A DNA stretch of 63,735 bases, the filler included, from Licmophora abbreviata (Eukaryota), in assembly GCA_900291995.1 (NCBI GenBank). It is 12 parts of 12 records of this genome, joined end to end, with 100 filler letters (N's around TTAATTAATTAA, not from the genome) between each part and the next. Parts side by side here need not be neighbours in the genome. Positions count along the whole stretch, not along the records: positions 18,227 to 23,936 come from OLMU01004581.1; positions 24,037 to 30,995 come from OLMU01004582.1; positions 31,096 to 38,340 come from OLMU01004583.1; 9 more parts are not named here. One strand, given 5' to 3'. The notes beneath the pieces are model-generated. The model was not told where the DNA came from, made no database searches, and saw only the letters and a list, made by a program, of their open reading frames with translations. The translations under genes were made by a program, and so were the position numbers. Shown here in pieces: positions 22,371 through 34,604 of the stretch (the stretch's first letter is position 1; the number at the start of each line of letters is the position of its first letter).

Positions 22371-25300
22371 ATGGGGGATAGCAAACGAAAAGGCAGCGGG
22401 AATGGCTTTCAAGCCCTCGGCTTGTCCGAGCCTGTCTATAGGGGTATTGTGCGCATGGGTTTTCGAGTGAGTTTGAGTGATTGAATACATGATGGAGGCG
22501 CTTCTGTCGATTTCACGCATGACGACAACTCGACTTTCAAACGCTCACACGCTCTTCAATTGCTTCTTTCAGATGCCAACACCCGTTCAGCGCAAGTCAC
22601 TGCCCATCGTTCTCACAGGAAGCGACACAGTAGTGATGGCCAGGACGGGCAGTGGAAAGACTTGTGCCTTTCTCATTCCTATTCTGGAAAAGCTCGCGGT
22701 GAACGAAGCCGATCACTCGACGTCGTCTTCTAGTCCCTCCGGTTGCCGGGCAGTGGTGCTGTCGCCCACCAGAGAACTGTCACTGCAGACGCTGCGTGTA
22801 ATGGGAAAACTGTCTCATTTTTGCAATATAACCTTCTATCGGCATCCACGGAGGCGAAGGAATGGAGAAACAGTTTCACCTGCTGGCCAGCAAACCCGAT
22901 GTCATTGTCGCTACTCCGGGACGACTGGCGCATCACCTTTCTGAAATCCCCGACTTTGATTTGAAGCAGTGCAACATCTGCGTCTTGGACGAAGCAGATC
23001 GATTGCTGGAAATGGGGTTTTCAGCTCAGATTCGACAAATTGGGAGTACGCTTCCGGAACACTGCCAGAAACTCCTATTGAGTGCAACGATGCCCAAAGT
23101 ACTCGTGGAGTTTACCAAGTCAGGCTTCTGTACTGATCCACAAGTCGTGCGGTTGGATCAAGAGGCCACGGTAAGCGAGGAACTTCGTATCGCTTTTCTT
23201 ACTTGTCGGAGTACAGACAAAGATGCCTCGTTGCTACACGTTCTGCAGCATATTGAACAAGATCAAGAAGATCACACAGGGAATCGAACGGGACTCACCT
23301 TGATCTTTGCAGCGACGAGGCATCATGTGGAGTACATTACAGCCTTATTGACGGCGTCGGACATTCCCGCGACCATGATTTATGGAACCCTGGACCAAGA
23401 AGCGCGGAAAAGCAACTTGTCGGCGTTTCGGTCAGGAAAGAAGTCTGTTCTGGTCGTTACTGATGTGGCTGCTCGAGGAATTGACGTCCCGTTGATTGAT
23501 CATGTCATTCACTATGCGTTTCCATCGAGTGCGAAACTCTTTGTTCATCGAAGTGGTCGTGCGGCACGAGCTGGTCGCATCGGATACTGCTGGGCACTTG
23601 TCGAGCCCGAGGAGATGCCCTACATGGTGGACTTGCACTTGTTTCTCGGTCGAAGGTTAAGCTCAGGAGAGACTAGTGGGAAGGATGAAGATTGTACGTA
23701 TACTTTAGATGATATGACACCTGATATGGTGCACTACGGCTCGCTTCCTGAATCAGTCTTGACCGAAGAGGTTGAAAACGTCCGGCGCATCATGAACTCG
23801 GAGCTTGCGGGCTCAAACGAAGCCGAGTCACTCCGAGCTCTAACCAAGGTGTGCAACAATGCCATGAAGCAGTATCGTCGAACGCGACCGGAAGCATCAC
23901 GCGAAGGAGTCCGTCGCGCCAAGGCCATTCTGGAGGNNNNNNNNNNNNNNNNNNNNNNNNNNNNNNNNNNNNNNNNNNNNTTAATTAATTAANNNNNNNN
24001 NNNNNNNNNNNNNNNNNNNNNNNNNNNNNNNNNNNNCCGGAAGCATCACGCGAAGGAGTCCGTCGCGCCAAGGCCATTCTGGAGGGTGAACGCCTTGAGA
24101 CGGGTCAGCGTATTGGTGGCGGATCGATCGACCCTCACCCATTACTACTGGGCATGGCAAGAAGGCGCTTACAGGAACGCAAGGAGAGGGGAGCTGTAGG
24201 TGGTCTAGAGGATCTAGAGAACACGAAGAAGCGTGAAGACTTCTTACGAGCTATGGCGAATTTTCGACCAAAGGAAACTGTCTTTGAGGCGTTTGCTACT
24301 GGAGGAGGAAAGGACGTTGGAGTCGTCAGTCACATTGATAAAGGTCGAACGACGTCCAAGAACAAGAATGATTCGAGTGCTGCGCTATCAGCTATGAAGA
24401 GTATGCGCCGGCAGATGAAAATTGCCCGCGACAAGGGTTCGAGTCTGGTCGTCGCGGGCAGTGCCACTGCCCACGCTTTACACGGGGATGATGGCCCGGA
24501 ACAGCTGCCTACAAGTATAGACGTGGAAGAAGACTCAAATGGCGAGAATAACTCGATACAAAAGCAACAGTCTGAATCGCAAAGACTCTCGGCCGGGGCT
24601 CCGACTGTGCTTACCACAGGCAAGAGACGCCTCTCCAAGGCAGAACGAAAGAGGATCAAGAATAATCCGAGTGCTGTCGAAGATCTTCGCACTCGTTCGT
24701 CGGCACAAGAAGGCGCAAGGAAGTCAAAGCAACGAAGAGGGACGGACTTTCGTGACGAATCTTTCTTCATTGACAATGACTTCACTTCAAACTCAGCCGA
24801 AGCAGCGCGATCTCGACAGATTGAAGCCGCAATGCAGCCGTCGGCATCTTCGAACCAGAGAGGGTCGGTAGGTGCTGCGCTTCGCATCGAGGAAGCCATG
24901 CTGGACATTGTGGGGGACGAGCAAGCAGACCTGGCGCAGAAGCAGCGTATGATGCGCTGGGACAAGTCCAAACGAAAGTACGTTCAGACAACAGTGGGAT
25001 CTGAGCTCAGCGGCGACAGTAAGAGCAAGAAGCTAAGACTGGAAAGTGGCCAGCTGATCAAGAGCGACAAGATGAAACTGGGCGAGCTATACGAGAAGTG
25101 GCAGAAGAAGACTAACAGAAGCATCGGTCGGGTGGGCGTATTTGATGACGTTACCGAAGGGGACAATGGTCCTCCAGCACCACGCAGCGCTGACAAGAAG
25201 ACGAGAGGCAAGGGCAAGGGCAAGGGCAAGGGTACTGCTGGCGAGAAAGCAAAGTCAGCATCCCAAATTAGAAAAGAACGAGATGCAAAGCAAGATATGG

Positions 25301-25449
25301 CAGTCAAGAACATGAAGAAGTCCGACCGAAAACGTATAGAGAGAAGGGACGAGGGAAACAAGAGGGAAAACTCGAGTACTACCAAGGGCTACCAGGGTAG
25401 GAAAGGTTCTAGCGGTCGTTGGAACGCCGGTTCTAATAGGAGGAAGTAG
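22371..25449 (+). CDS. DDX54: DEAD-box RNA helicase DDX54/DBP10 (intron 22467-22572; apparent +1 indel about 22834; split by spacer)
   Basis: Q motif (FQALGLS...PTPVQ), ARTGSGKT, SPTREL, TPGRL, DEAD, SAT, ARGID, HRSGRAARAG and the DBP10 C-terminal WDKSKRKY...LESG...GELYEKW. Confidence 0.92.
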
Positions 25450-25613
25450 AAGTCTAGTCAGAGCATAGAGTTCCTTGATTGCGTCCGAGGTATCCCGCCA
25501 GCGTTCGAATGTTCTTTCTCTAGGCCTATAGCGATAATTATAAGCCATGCGACAGGTAAGAGGTGGAGGCACTCTATCTCTATCTGTACAACCTTTCTGT
25601 TTAGGCTTCTTTG

Positions 25614-26189
25614 TTATGCGACTACCTGTATTGCCCCGCCTTCTTGCCCTTGCATCAGAATTGTCTTCCGCTCTTCAAGGAACGCAATCCACGTCTCCCA
25701 ATGCTCCCGGCGCGCGTAGTTAAATGGGGTATGTCCTCGTATATCCGGCGATAGTAATAATCGCTGTCCTTCCGGTGCTCGCAGGAGTATGTCCATCAGC
25801 TCCGTCTGCGGCATGGTGGTCCAGCACGCATCGTGCAGTGGCGTCCTCCCATAGTCGTCCCTAGCATTGACCCTCACCCCGGCTTCCTCAACCAGAAACC
25901 GCACCACGTCAACGTCCCCCCGTCGGCACGACATGTGCAGTAGCGATTCTCCAAAGCGATTGCAGGCATTCAGCGACCTCCCGGCCATGTGAAACTCACG
26001 GAGTCTATCAATGTCTTTCGATTTAACAGCAGCTAACATCTCTGAGTCGTAAGAAGCGAGTTCCTCCTCGGACGGCTTTTGGAAGAGCACTTCATACTGT
26101 CGTTGTTGCTCTTCTTTCAGCGGCGCAGACATGATTTTGCGAAGGAATGAGGCTGGACTCATGTCTATGGACTTGGAAGAGTCGCCCAT
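25614..26189 (-). CDS. Ankyrin-repeat protein
   Basis: Ankyrin repeats NRFGESLLHMSCRRG, DDYGRTPLHDACW and DIRGHTPFNYA. Confidence 0.88.
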   Translation of the reverse strand: MGDSSKSIDMSPASFLRKIMSAPLKEEQQRQYEVLFQKPSEEELASYDSEMLAAVKSKDIDRLREFHMAGRSLNACNRFGESLLHMSCRRGDVDVVRFLVEEAGVRVNARDDYGRTPLHDACWTTMPQTELMDILLRAPEGQRLLLSPDIRGHTPFNYARREHWETWIAFLEERKTILMQGQEGGAIQVVA

Positions 26190-26702
26190 GGTTGCAGACG
26201 AGGTTCAAGGTGATGCAGTGATGTGGCGACATAGTCTAACCTTGTGAAAAGAGCCAAGCAACACATGACAAGATCCGATGTCTTCAAGAATGGGACGACG
26301 CATGCAGTGTGCTGACGCATGCGTGCCGCACGGATAAAGTCCTCTATCGTTAGATACAGAAAATTTCGTCGTCATTGAATACAGATTTTGGAGACGATAT
26401 GGTAGATGAAATACGGGAAACCCCGCGATGGTGAGAGCACCAGAATCAATCCCGGGTGACTTTCTTGTGAGAAAAAACAGCAAAAATGATAAAATGATGT
26501 CAGCATCGGATGACGATGCAGTTCAGCCGAGGACCATATGCTGCTTTCTGCGAAGAGAAGATCGCAAGGCAGCCCCAAAGTGAACCAACTGTGTGTACGC
26601 TGATAGATAGAGCCTATGTATGGCACTCGAGCAAGGCCGAGGGTGAATCAGTGCTGAACGAAAAAAATTGAAACAGATTTGACTTGACTACGACTTGCGA
26701 GC

Positions 26703-27308
26703 ATGTTTCGAAACTCAGAAAAAGATACCATTCGAGGAGCCGCGTCGATGGAGTGTGGCACTTCAACGCCGCGGATAGACTTCCCAGAGCTCGTCCCTGC
26801 TTCCTCTTCTGAAGAGTCCTCACTCTCACCCGTGGGCTCCCCAGAAGATTTAGCGAAACCACGGACTATATTTGGTTCGTACTGGAATATGGGAGAGAGT
26901 TCTGCCAGATCCCCGCCAATCACGAGCAGAAGGCTTTTTCTCCCGACCGATATTCAAGAAGAAGAAGAAGAAGGCAAAGAAGGCAACGAAGTAAGCCAGA
27001 TGGATGGGTCTATCCGGTCTACACGATCTATTACAGAGCTAGAAGCGGACCTCCGACTCTGTCCTCGGACGAAGGCGTCGCTGCGCTGCACACGTTCCAT
27101 TTCGGCACCAAACCTGTGGAGTCGCCTTGAACTTAGATCGTGCTTGCGCCAATCTTCTCTGTTGAATGGAGAAAATGCAGAAACACCGAGTGATCTCCGG
27201 CGATCCAAATCATCGGTCTCATTCTCCAATGAAGTCCGCGTGACAGAGTTCAGGCTCCATGGGGAGCAGTGGGCTCCCTCTGGCTGGTCCAAACATTTCG
27301 CTCGCTAG
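26703..27308 (+). CDS. Hypothetical Ser/Arg-rich disordered protein
   Basis: 201-aa ORF divergent from the ankyrin gene. It ends in SCLR...SVSFSNEVRV...WAPSGWSKHF; SVSF resembles an RVxF-type motif. Confidence 0.6.
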   Translation: MFRNSEKDTIRGAASMECGTSTPRIDFPELVPASSSEESSLSPVGSPEDLAKPRTIFGSYWNMGESSARSPPITSRRLFLPTDIQEEEEEGKEGNEVSQMDGSIRSTRSITELEADLRLCPRTKASLRCTRSISAPNLWSRLELRSCLRQSSLLNGENAETPSDLRRSKSSVSFSNEVRVTEFRLHGEQWAPSGWSKHFAR

Positions 27309-27321
27309 TATTCACAAGAAG

Positions 27322-29487
27322 TCAGTCACAGACATTGCACGTCTCGCCGCAAAGCTCAAAAGCGTCAAACCCTGGCCGACACAGCTCTTCCTTCATTGTT
27401 GGACGAAGCGAAAGCCAAAGACAGTTGCGCACCGCGTTTCCAATGGTAAACTTCGTCTCGCTATCCTCGCAGCTGTCGCTACAGGACCCGCAAGTTTCGG
27501 GACATACGTCTCGCGCCGCAGACGTATTCCCCTTCTCGCAGAGAGTCCGAATGAACTCGGGACGCGCTCGCAGCCACACGCAGGTTTGGGGTTTGCCCGT
27601 CTCTTCTACGAAAAATGACCCACCGGCGTCGTCGCATATTGTGGGGCCGTCTGTCAGCTGGCTTTGCATCGCAGAACCTCCCAAACGCTCCGCGGGGCTG
27701 TTTTCTCTCTGCGCTGGAGGCTGCTGCTTTCGTGGTGCACGGGAATCGATGACTCGAGTATGGGAACTGATCACCTCTATTTCTTCCTTCCGTGGCACCT
27801 CTTGTTTTTCTTGCTGCTCTAGCTTTTCAAGAATACACTTGCGCTTGTCGCTCTCGCTGCGTTGGATGCGTTCATCTTCGCATCCCTCTACCTCGCACAA
27901 ACCACACGATGAAGGACAAATATTTCTAGCACCGGAAGAATGAGAAGACTCGCAGAGCTCGTCGGTGTAACGCTTTTGAAGTCTCAGCCAGGCGCAGTCC
28001 ATTTCGTAGTTGAGTTCCTCGACGAAGAAGGTGCCTCCAGTTACATCTTTGCATTGAGCCTCTGATACGAACTTCCGCTCAGACGGTTTCCGACAGGCAG
28101 ACTCATCCGTATCGAGGTGAATACTCAAATAGGCATACCCCTCGCTGAAATCTTGCTTACATACTTCAATCACAATTGTGGCCGCTGCCTGATAGCCAGC
28201 GACCCTGAAGATGTATTCATCATGCAACAAACTAAGGGACGCGACTCTCCTGGAGTCGTAGTGCGACACATCGCGGCTCCGTGTGATTGTGACTTGATCT
28301 TCCTTTCCCTGTGTTTCACGATTGGCCCGCACGGCTAGATTGAATTGAATGTAAAGATCATCGACAATCAGAAGAACTGCATCGTCTGTTTCGTCGTAGT
28401 TCGCAAACCCACTGAGTCTTCCTCCCCACGCGCCCTCCCGTGGATCGACGACTACCTCTCTCCTCAAGTACCAGCCTAGTACATAATTCTTGTAGCCATT
28501 GAAGCATTGTGCCGGTGCGCCGGGTGTTCTATAGCCGTAGCCCATGTAGCCTGTTTGGTCTGCATACGGATTGTCACCAACGCCTGAATGGCCAAGGCCT
28601 AAACTGTGACCTAGCTCATGCACAACAGCGCTCAAAATCCCGCCAAACTCATCGTTGTAGTACGATATGAAGTATCCAATCCCTGTATACGCACTCCAAT
28701 CGCCCAATGTCCCAGGGGGGATACAGAATAATACAAAATCGAACCGAGAGATGTCGCCGAACTTGTTTCGTACCGCAGTGATAATGGCTTGCTCGATCTC
28801 ATAGGTCATTTTTCTGCCTGTGATCCTCAAACCAACTTCGATCTCACCAACCCCGCCATTTATGTTGGCCCCACTTGCCGGAGCCAGTCGAAACTGACCG
28901 AAAGAGCAATCTTTCAATACGGAAGCAGGAGTAACGGGATCCGAAAAGAGTCGCCGACGGAGGCGATCCGCGCTCAAGGACGGCGTGGAGTCGAGAGATG
29001 TCACTCTAACCATGAGCGCCGTATGCCTTCCAACCATGGGCTCTCGTGTAACTTGCTGTGCCAAGAGTCGCTCGCCAATCTTAAACAGAGTTGATGTCTC
29101 GGATGTCACCAATCGAGTTGATTCACCGCCATGTCCCTGTTCTATGTAGGCATCAGATATCGAGACATAATCATGCAGTCCCTTCACTTCGTAAGAGTCA
29201 ATGAGATCTAGGGGCAACGGAAACATGATCTGACTTTCGTGTCCATTCACTACAGGAATGCATTTTTTCACAACACATCCATGCCGTTGGTCCATCGCAG
29301 CAATGTCCACCTCGATTAGACGACATGTCACACTCCTCTGTGACAATCCTCGCTCGCTTCCGCCGCCACGAAGTTTCGCCTTGTCACCGGCATGAGCCCC
29401 AAGTGCAACACCTCTCAGCCAAATACCCAGACAAATTGCAACATGCACTGCATGCTGAACCATTCCCTTCTTGCCACCGTGACCCAT
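27322..29487 (-). CDS. Secreted metalloprotease, peptidase M11 (gametolysin) family, with three C-terminal ShK-like Cys repeats
   Basis: HELGHSLGLGHSG zinc motif, YADQTGYMG Met-turn, CFNGYKNYVLGWY and a signal peptide. Repeats C.D....F.......C.WL........C........CP..CG.C. Confidence 0.88.
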   Translation of the reverse strand: MGHGGKKGMVQHAVHVAICLGIWLRGVALGAHAGDKAKLRGGGSERGLSQRSVTCRLIEVDIAAMDQRHGCVVKKCIPVVNGHESQIMFPLPLDLIDSYEVKGLHDYVSISDAYIEQGHGGESTRLVTSETSTLFKIGERLLAQQVTREPMVGRHTALMVRVTSLDSTPSLSADRLRRRLFSDPVTPASVLKDCSFGQFRLAPASGANINGGVGEIEVGLRITGRKMTYEIEQAIITAVRNKFGDISRFDFVLFCIPPGTLGDWSAYTGIGYFISYYNDEFGGILSAVVHELGHSLGLGHSGVGDNPYADQTGYMGYGYRTPGAPAQCFNGYKNYVLGWYLRREVVVDPREGAWGGRLSGFANYDETDDAVLLIVDDLYIQFNLAVRANRETQGKEDQVTITRSRDVSHYDSRRVASLSLLHDEYIFRVAGYQAAATIVIEVCKQDFSEGYAYLSIHLDTDESACRKPSERKFVSEAQCKDVTGGTFFVEELNYEMDCAWLRLQKRYTDELCESSHSSGARNICPSSCGLCEVEGCEDERIQRSESDKRKCILEKLEQQEKQEVPRKEEIEVISSHTRVIDSRAPRKQQPPAQRENSPAERLGGSAMQSQLTDGPTICDDAGGSFFVEETGKPQTCVWLRARPEFIRTLCEKGNTSAARDVCPETCGSCSDSCEDSETKFTIGNAVRNCLWLSLRPTMKEELCRPGFDAFELCGETCNVCD

Positions 29488-30103
29488 GACTTATCCGCGT
29501 ATGCTCATCGGCTCGATATCGTGACTGCTGCGGCCTGATGAGAGGCATGCCGTGAGCAAAATGTGAGGTAGGATTCCAACAAGGGGTTTGAGATAAAAAC
29601 CAACGTCGCAATGACCCTGACAAAACTATCTAGTACGATATGCACGTACAAGGTCATTGAAACACACCCACGACATTTGCAATCAATCGTGCCAATCGAA
29701 TTTCGAATCTGAGTTGGTGCCCGCGTAAAAAGCATGCTTCATATCGCTCCTCCACGAAGGATACCTAACCAAGTGACTAAGATTCTGTACTCTCTAGGAG
29801 CAAGCAGTTTCGCCGACAAAACAGCTCGAAAGCTTTGTCCGACAACCTTTCTTCGATTTACCCTTAAATATTACACTAGCCGTCCTGCAGAACATCTATA
29901 CAGACTGACGTTTCCCCAGTCCCCATAAAACTAAATTTTCGAAAACATGCGGGAAAATAAAACCGTCCGACGAACCCCCGCGCTTTCCGGCGACTGTGAC
30001 TCGTTCTCTGATGACCCGATCGAAAGCCTATGTTTCAATAGTACTTGCCGGTCCTGGTTCTCAGACGACAAGTCAACTGTTCCGGGAGTGCCCCCCGGGC
30101 ATC

Positions 30104-30877
30104 TCAGATATATTTCACGTCTTTCGTATAGTGATACATGATCTGATCCTCGCCAAACCGATACCCTTCTTTCCCTCTCTCGACGCAGTCTCGAAGCCGA
30201 ATCAAAGCCCGGTAGAATGCTATGTGACTCTCTGCTGGTGCTGACTCAATAGCATTGCCGGAGTAACTTCGCAAAGTCTCCATAGCTCGCTCAACACATT
30301 CATGCTCCTCAGTACTAAACAAACACGCTGCAACAGCCGGTGCCGGAGCGGCTGCGGTTGAATCGCTCGTACCGTGCAGGACCACAACGGCACGATATGA
30401 GTGCCATGCCCCATAGACAGGATGGACAGTCAAGTTTGTAGACGAATCGAAGTAGGCAAAACCGCTGACCATAGCTACTCGCTGCATAGACACCAGTCCA
30501 TCTCGAGATGTTGTATGCGACCAAAACGTGGAATGACTAGAGGGAAAATGCCTCTCGATAGTGGCATGTACGTGCTCTTGACAATACGAGTCCAGGGGAT
30601 TCACCATCAGGAGCGAAGAATCACCCTGTGCTTTGTACCATGCCTGGAAGATCGGCCACAATCGTTTTGTGTTTCCAATCAGAATAGCCCGTCCTGTCTC
30701 CGGGAGTCGAATCAGCTCGTCCTGTAGACGGTCCTGCTCCACGGACTGGTTGTACCACTCTGGAAGAAAGCAATGACAGATATCAAACCCATCATCATAC
30801 AGCTCTCTTCTCAGAGCAGTACCAGAAGGATCCTTAGCCTGAGAAGCACTCATGACCGCGACCGGAGCGAGAGGCAT
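30104..30877 (-). CDS. MMACHC: MMACHC/CblC-like cobalamin-processing protein
   Basis: GFDICHCF...ILIGNTKRLW..F...NPLDSY...VSMQRVAMVSGFAY...HPVYGAWHSYRAVVV...QIMYHY matches the MMACHC family pattern. Start is 30877 or 30853. Confidence 0.75.
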   Translation of the reverse strand: MPLAPVAVMSASQAKDPSGTALRRELYDDGFDICHCFLPEWYNQSVEQDRLQDELIRLPETGRAILIGNTKRLWPIFQAWYKAQGDSSLLMVNPLDSYCQEHVHATIERHFPSSHSTFWSHTTSRDGLVSMQRVAMVSGFAYFDSSTNLTVHPVYGAWHSYRAVVVLHGTSDSTAAAPAPAVAACLFSTEEHECVERAMETLRSYSGNAIESAPAESHIAFYRALIRLRDCVERGKEGYRFGEDQIMYHYTKDVKYI

Positions 30878-31309
30878 TCAACATGCACCCTCCTCCTCAC
30901 CACATCGTCGCGTGTCGCCGTCACCGTCACCAACCATCACTTACAACAACCTCGCCAACCTTCAACAGAAAAACCGAAAGATGCAGACTCCCCAGNNNNN
31001 NNNNNNNNNNNNNNNNNNNNNNNNNNNNNNNNNNNNNNNTTAATTAATTAANNNNNNNNNNNNNNNNNNNNNNNNNNNNNNNNNNNNNNNNNNNNACTCG
31101 ACTCACTCGACTCAATCACTAGCTCAAGTCGAATGAGTTGAGAGTTAGAATGACTTGACTCACTCGACTGAATTGATTGATGCTTTCGACGTGCCTGCGA
31201 TGCTAATCAGAAATCGATACTCTGCCACAGTCTGCTCCACCATGCCTGCTCTATTAAGGGACTCAGCAGTGTATGTACGCATTGTTTTAATAGTACGATG
31301 CTTTATCTT

Positions 31310-33179
31310 CTACCTCTCCTTCAGTCGGTTTTGCATAATGGCGAGACCCAGCTCGTAAATAGTCGATGATAATAGACGCTCTTCTCTCTTCTGCGCCGTC
31401 TTTTCCGATGAGCTCCGACTCTCGAGTGCCTCGATCTTGTCTTGCTTCTCCTTAAGCTTCGATTTGCACTCCTGGAGGGCCACGAGATACTTCTCCTGGA
31501 ATTTGGCTAGCGTCCGCTTAGTATAAGCCTCGAGCTTGTCCTTGTCGGAGCCAATCTTGGCCTTTTCGGCTTCTTTGTCGGCCAGCTCGCCCTTGAGTCG
31601 AGAGAGCTCGGACTGAAGATTATCCACATCTCCATCCGACACAGAGCTGGATACCTGTTCAGTTCCTTGAGACTTGAGCTCATCAAGATCGTCTCGCAGC
31701 TTTTTGTTCTCAACCTCCAGTCGCAAAGTCTTCTCCCTGGCTTCACTGATACTGTCGGCGCTGGTAAGAGACAATCCCTTCATGGCGGATCCCACTTCGT
31801 CATCCAAATGTGCCCCATCGTCATGCTGTGCTTTGAGCTCTCGCAATTCCTCTTCGTACAGTTTCTTGGCATTGTCCGCAGCGGCAAGTTTGCTCTTGAA
31901 CTCGGTCGTTTCGGTGGTCGCTATTTTTGCCACTGAGCCCAACTCTTCGTTCTCCTTTTCGAGTTGCGCAACCTTGGACTGCAAACCTTCTACGCTTTTT
32001 TGCAGCTTCGGAAGTCTCTTCACATCATTCTCCAAGTCCATAATTTGACGAAGATAGGATGCGGCTTGGTCTTCCAGTTCCGTCATTTGCTGGTTCATGA
32101 CCCCAACCCCTTCGAGCTTCTTGCGATACGACAAGACCGTCGCTTCCGCCTTTCGCAACTGCTCCACCTTGGCATTGGCAACATCCAGTTCATCCGCCAT
32201 CTGATCTTTCGAGTCCTCCAGCTCGAGAACTTTTGCCTTGTGATCGTCCAGTTCCGACGTTGCATTCTGCAACTCTTCCTCGGCCGTGATGAGTTCATCT
32301 TGGCGTTTGACCAACCGATCCTGAAGATCCTCGACAAGTGCACGGAGTTTCTTTTGTGCATTCTCGCTGTCTTCAGACTGTAGCGCTGCCTGAGACTTAA
32401 ACGACGCCAGTTCCCGCCGCGCATCCATCAGAGCCTTTTCCAGCTCTTCACGATCACCAGCCGAGAAACCGTCATGAGCGAGCGAAGTCGGGGTTTCGGC
32501 TGCATGATCGAAGACCATTTCATTATCATCACTGTCTGACCCATCTTCATCTTCCTCGTGCTCGTAATCGCTCAAGCGAGCCAAGGATCGTTCGAGAATT
32601 CCCTTCATTTCGACTTGATTCTCACCCGACATGGTCATGATGCGCGAGACGAACTCGCCCCGATGTTCGCACGTCACGGCAGCCGCCGCCACCAATTCGA
32701 GCAAACTTGCAACAGCAGCCTTGTCCCCACTACGCGAAATACTGTTCACATGATCCGACTGTACGTCAAAATCGGCGTCTTTCTGCAAAACGTCATGAAA
32801 GAAGGTTTCAAGATTGCGTAGGAGCTTTCGAATGTTGGAAGCCTTGAGGGCCCAGTTGTCACCGAGGTGACGAGCAATCGTCGTAGGATCAAAGTAATCT
32901 GGAGCGCTGAAGTAATGTTGTTGGAAAAATGAGGGAGAATGGAAAGAAAGGCCATGATGTGAGCAGAGGTCACGACTCACAACAGAGCAGAAGTGACATC
33001 CGATTGAAGTTCCAGAATTCGCCAAAAACTCCCACGTACATTTCGGACAGAGCCTCAAAGATGGCCACTCCATCACTCATTCCTTCTAGAGTATCCGGTG
33101 GATTTTCGGAAAGAGTCGGAAAGGTCCCGAGGAATTCAATCATGGCTCGATAGCGAGCTTCATCTTGTTCGGTAGCCAT
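31310..33179 (-). CDS. HOOK: HOOK-family coiled-coil protein (intron 32907-33039)
   Basis: N-terminal Hook/CH-like domain MSDGVAIFEALSEI|APDYF...NWALKASNIRKL, a long heptad coiled coil and C-terminal REERLLSSTIYELGL. Intron GTACGT...CAG. Confidence 0.8.
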
Positions 33180-33661
33180 GCTGGCGAGCAGCGAAACGCT
33201 CTGGTGTCGGCGCGGTTTTCGACTAAATTCACACCAGAAATTTGACTCTCACTCTTTCGTAGGATGAAAGTTAAGAGAGACCCTGCGATTTTAGTTTGAT
33301 GAAAGAAATGACTGCCACGCAATGTCAAGCCCCAGATGAGCACAGAAACTACCGGTACGACGACAAGAATGACAACAGAGGCGTGTCCACTCGACCGCTA
33401 TTGGGTCTCGGTCGGAGTTTGGCATGCGCGCTCTCGCTGTTGTCGACTGTGTTGCCGGCGCATGCTTTGTCTAATCTTATCAAATTAAAGAGTATGCATA
33501 CATATATGAATTTTGGACACTACTGTATGTATACAAACTAAATGATTAGCGAACACTAATCAATACTACTTAGGAGACTGGTCACATTGGAGTTCGCACA
33601 TCTCCTGGCCTCGCCGTTGAGCGAAAAAGTCACTTCTCCGAGCGGAGCGACCACCACCACC

Positions 33662-34395
33662 ATGTCGAGTTCGGACGTTTGTACTTCGGAGTTCTGCAAT
33701 GCGGGCTGGTCCGAGGTCCTCACCCACCTTTCACCCTATGGGTGGGCGAATTTTGGAGTTGCTTTTGGCCTCGGATTGTCCGTTGTAGGAGCAGCCTGGG
33801 GCATTTGGCTCACGGGATCCAGTCTGGTCGGTGCTGCCGTCAAGGCGCCGCGCATTCGAAGCAAGAACTTGATCAGGTACGTAAAAATCACGTAGAAATA
33901 GTACCAGCCGGAGTCCTGGCGGTCGACGGCAAGAAATATTTCTTCCTCTCTTTTGTTTGCTGTTGTATCGGACCCCGCCTTGATGACTGACCCCCCTTGC
34001 ATACTCTGTTCCACCCTTTGTCGTCCGTCAGTGTTATTTTCTGTGAAGCAACTGCGATCTACGGCGTCATTATGGCAATTATCTTGACCAACAAGGTCAA
34101 GAGCCCCGAAAGCGGGGACTATTACCTGGACGAAAACTGGGACTTTGCAGGTTACTATTACGCTGGATTCGCCATGTTCTCTGCTGGATGTTCTGTTGGA
34201 CTGACCAATATTGCTTCAGGAGTATCAGTGGGTATTGCAGGTTCCAGTTGTGCCATTGCAGATGCACAAGATGCATCCTTGTTTGTCAAGATTTTGATTG
34301 TCGAGATTTTCGCATCGGCCTTGGGTATTTTCGGAATCATCGTTGGGATCATTACCAGCAACTCGGCAGACTTTCCCATTGCGGCGTTGGAGTAA
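33662..34395 (+). CDS. VMA16: V-ATPase proteolipid subunit c'' (intron 33877-34031)
   Basis: GLSVVGAAWGI..TGSSLVGAAVKAPRIRSKNLIS|VIFCEATAIYG...LFVKILIVEIFASALGIFG. Confidence 0.95.
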
Positions 34396-34604
34396 GAGAG
34401 AGGAACGATTCTATGCGACTGTGCTATCGTAGCAGCAGTGCGAATTGTAACTAAACCTACGTTGTATAGAACGACAATGAGATGCGTGTGCCCCCGTTAG
34501 GAAGGTAGCAGAGCAGGTAGCTGGCTCGATAGAAGTATATTCATTGTGCGTAATTTTTGCAGAAAGATGAAAATAGGAGCAAGACTAGATCCGATGGAAC
34601 ATTG

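Noticed and set aside
22831..22840. Frameshift in DDX54 as pseudogenisation or programmed frameshifting
   Set aside because: Removing one T from ACCTTCTATC restores ITSIGIHGGEG. All motifs are intact and there is no slippery heptamer, so a homopolymer sequencing error is most likely. Raw reads would settle it.
23888..24085. 49-nt direct repeat in DDX54 (and 31-nt repeat at 38310-38471 in AP1M)
   Set aside because: These are unmerged contig overlaps flanking spacers, not biological duplications.
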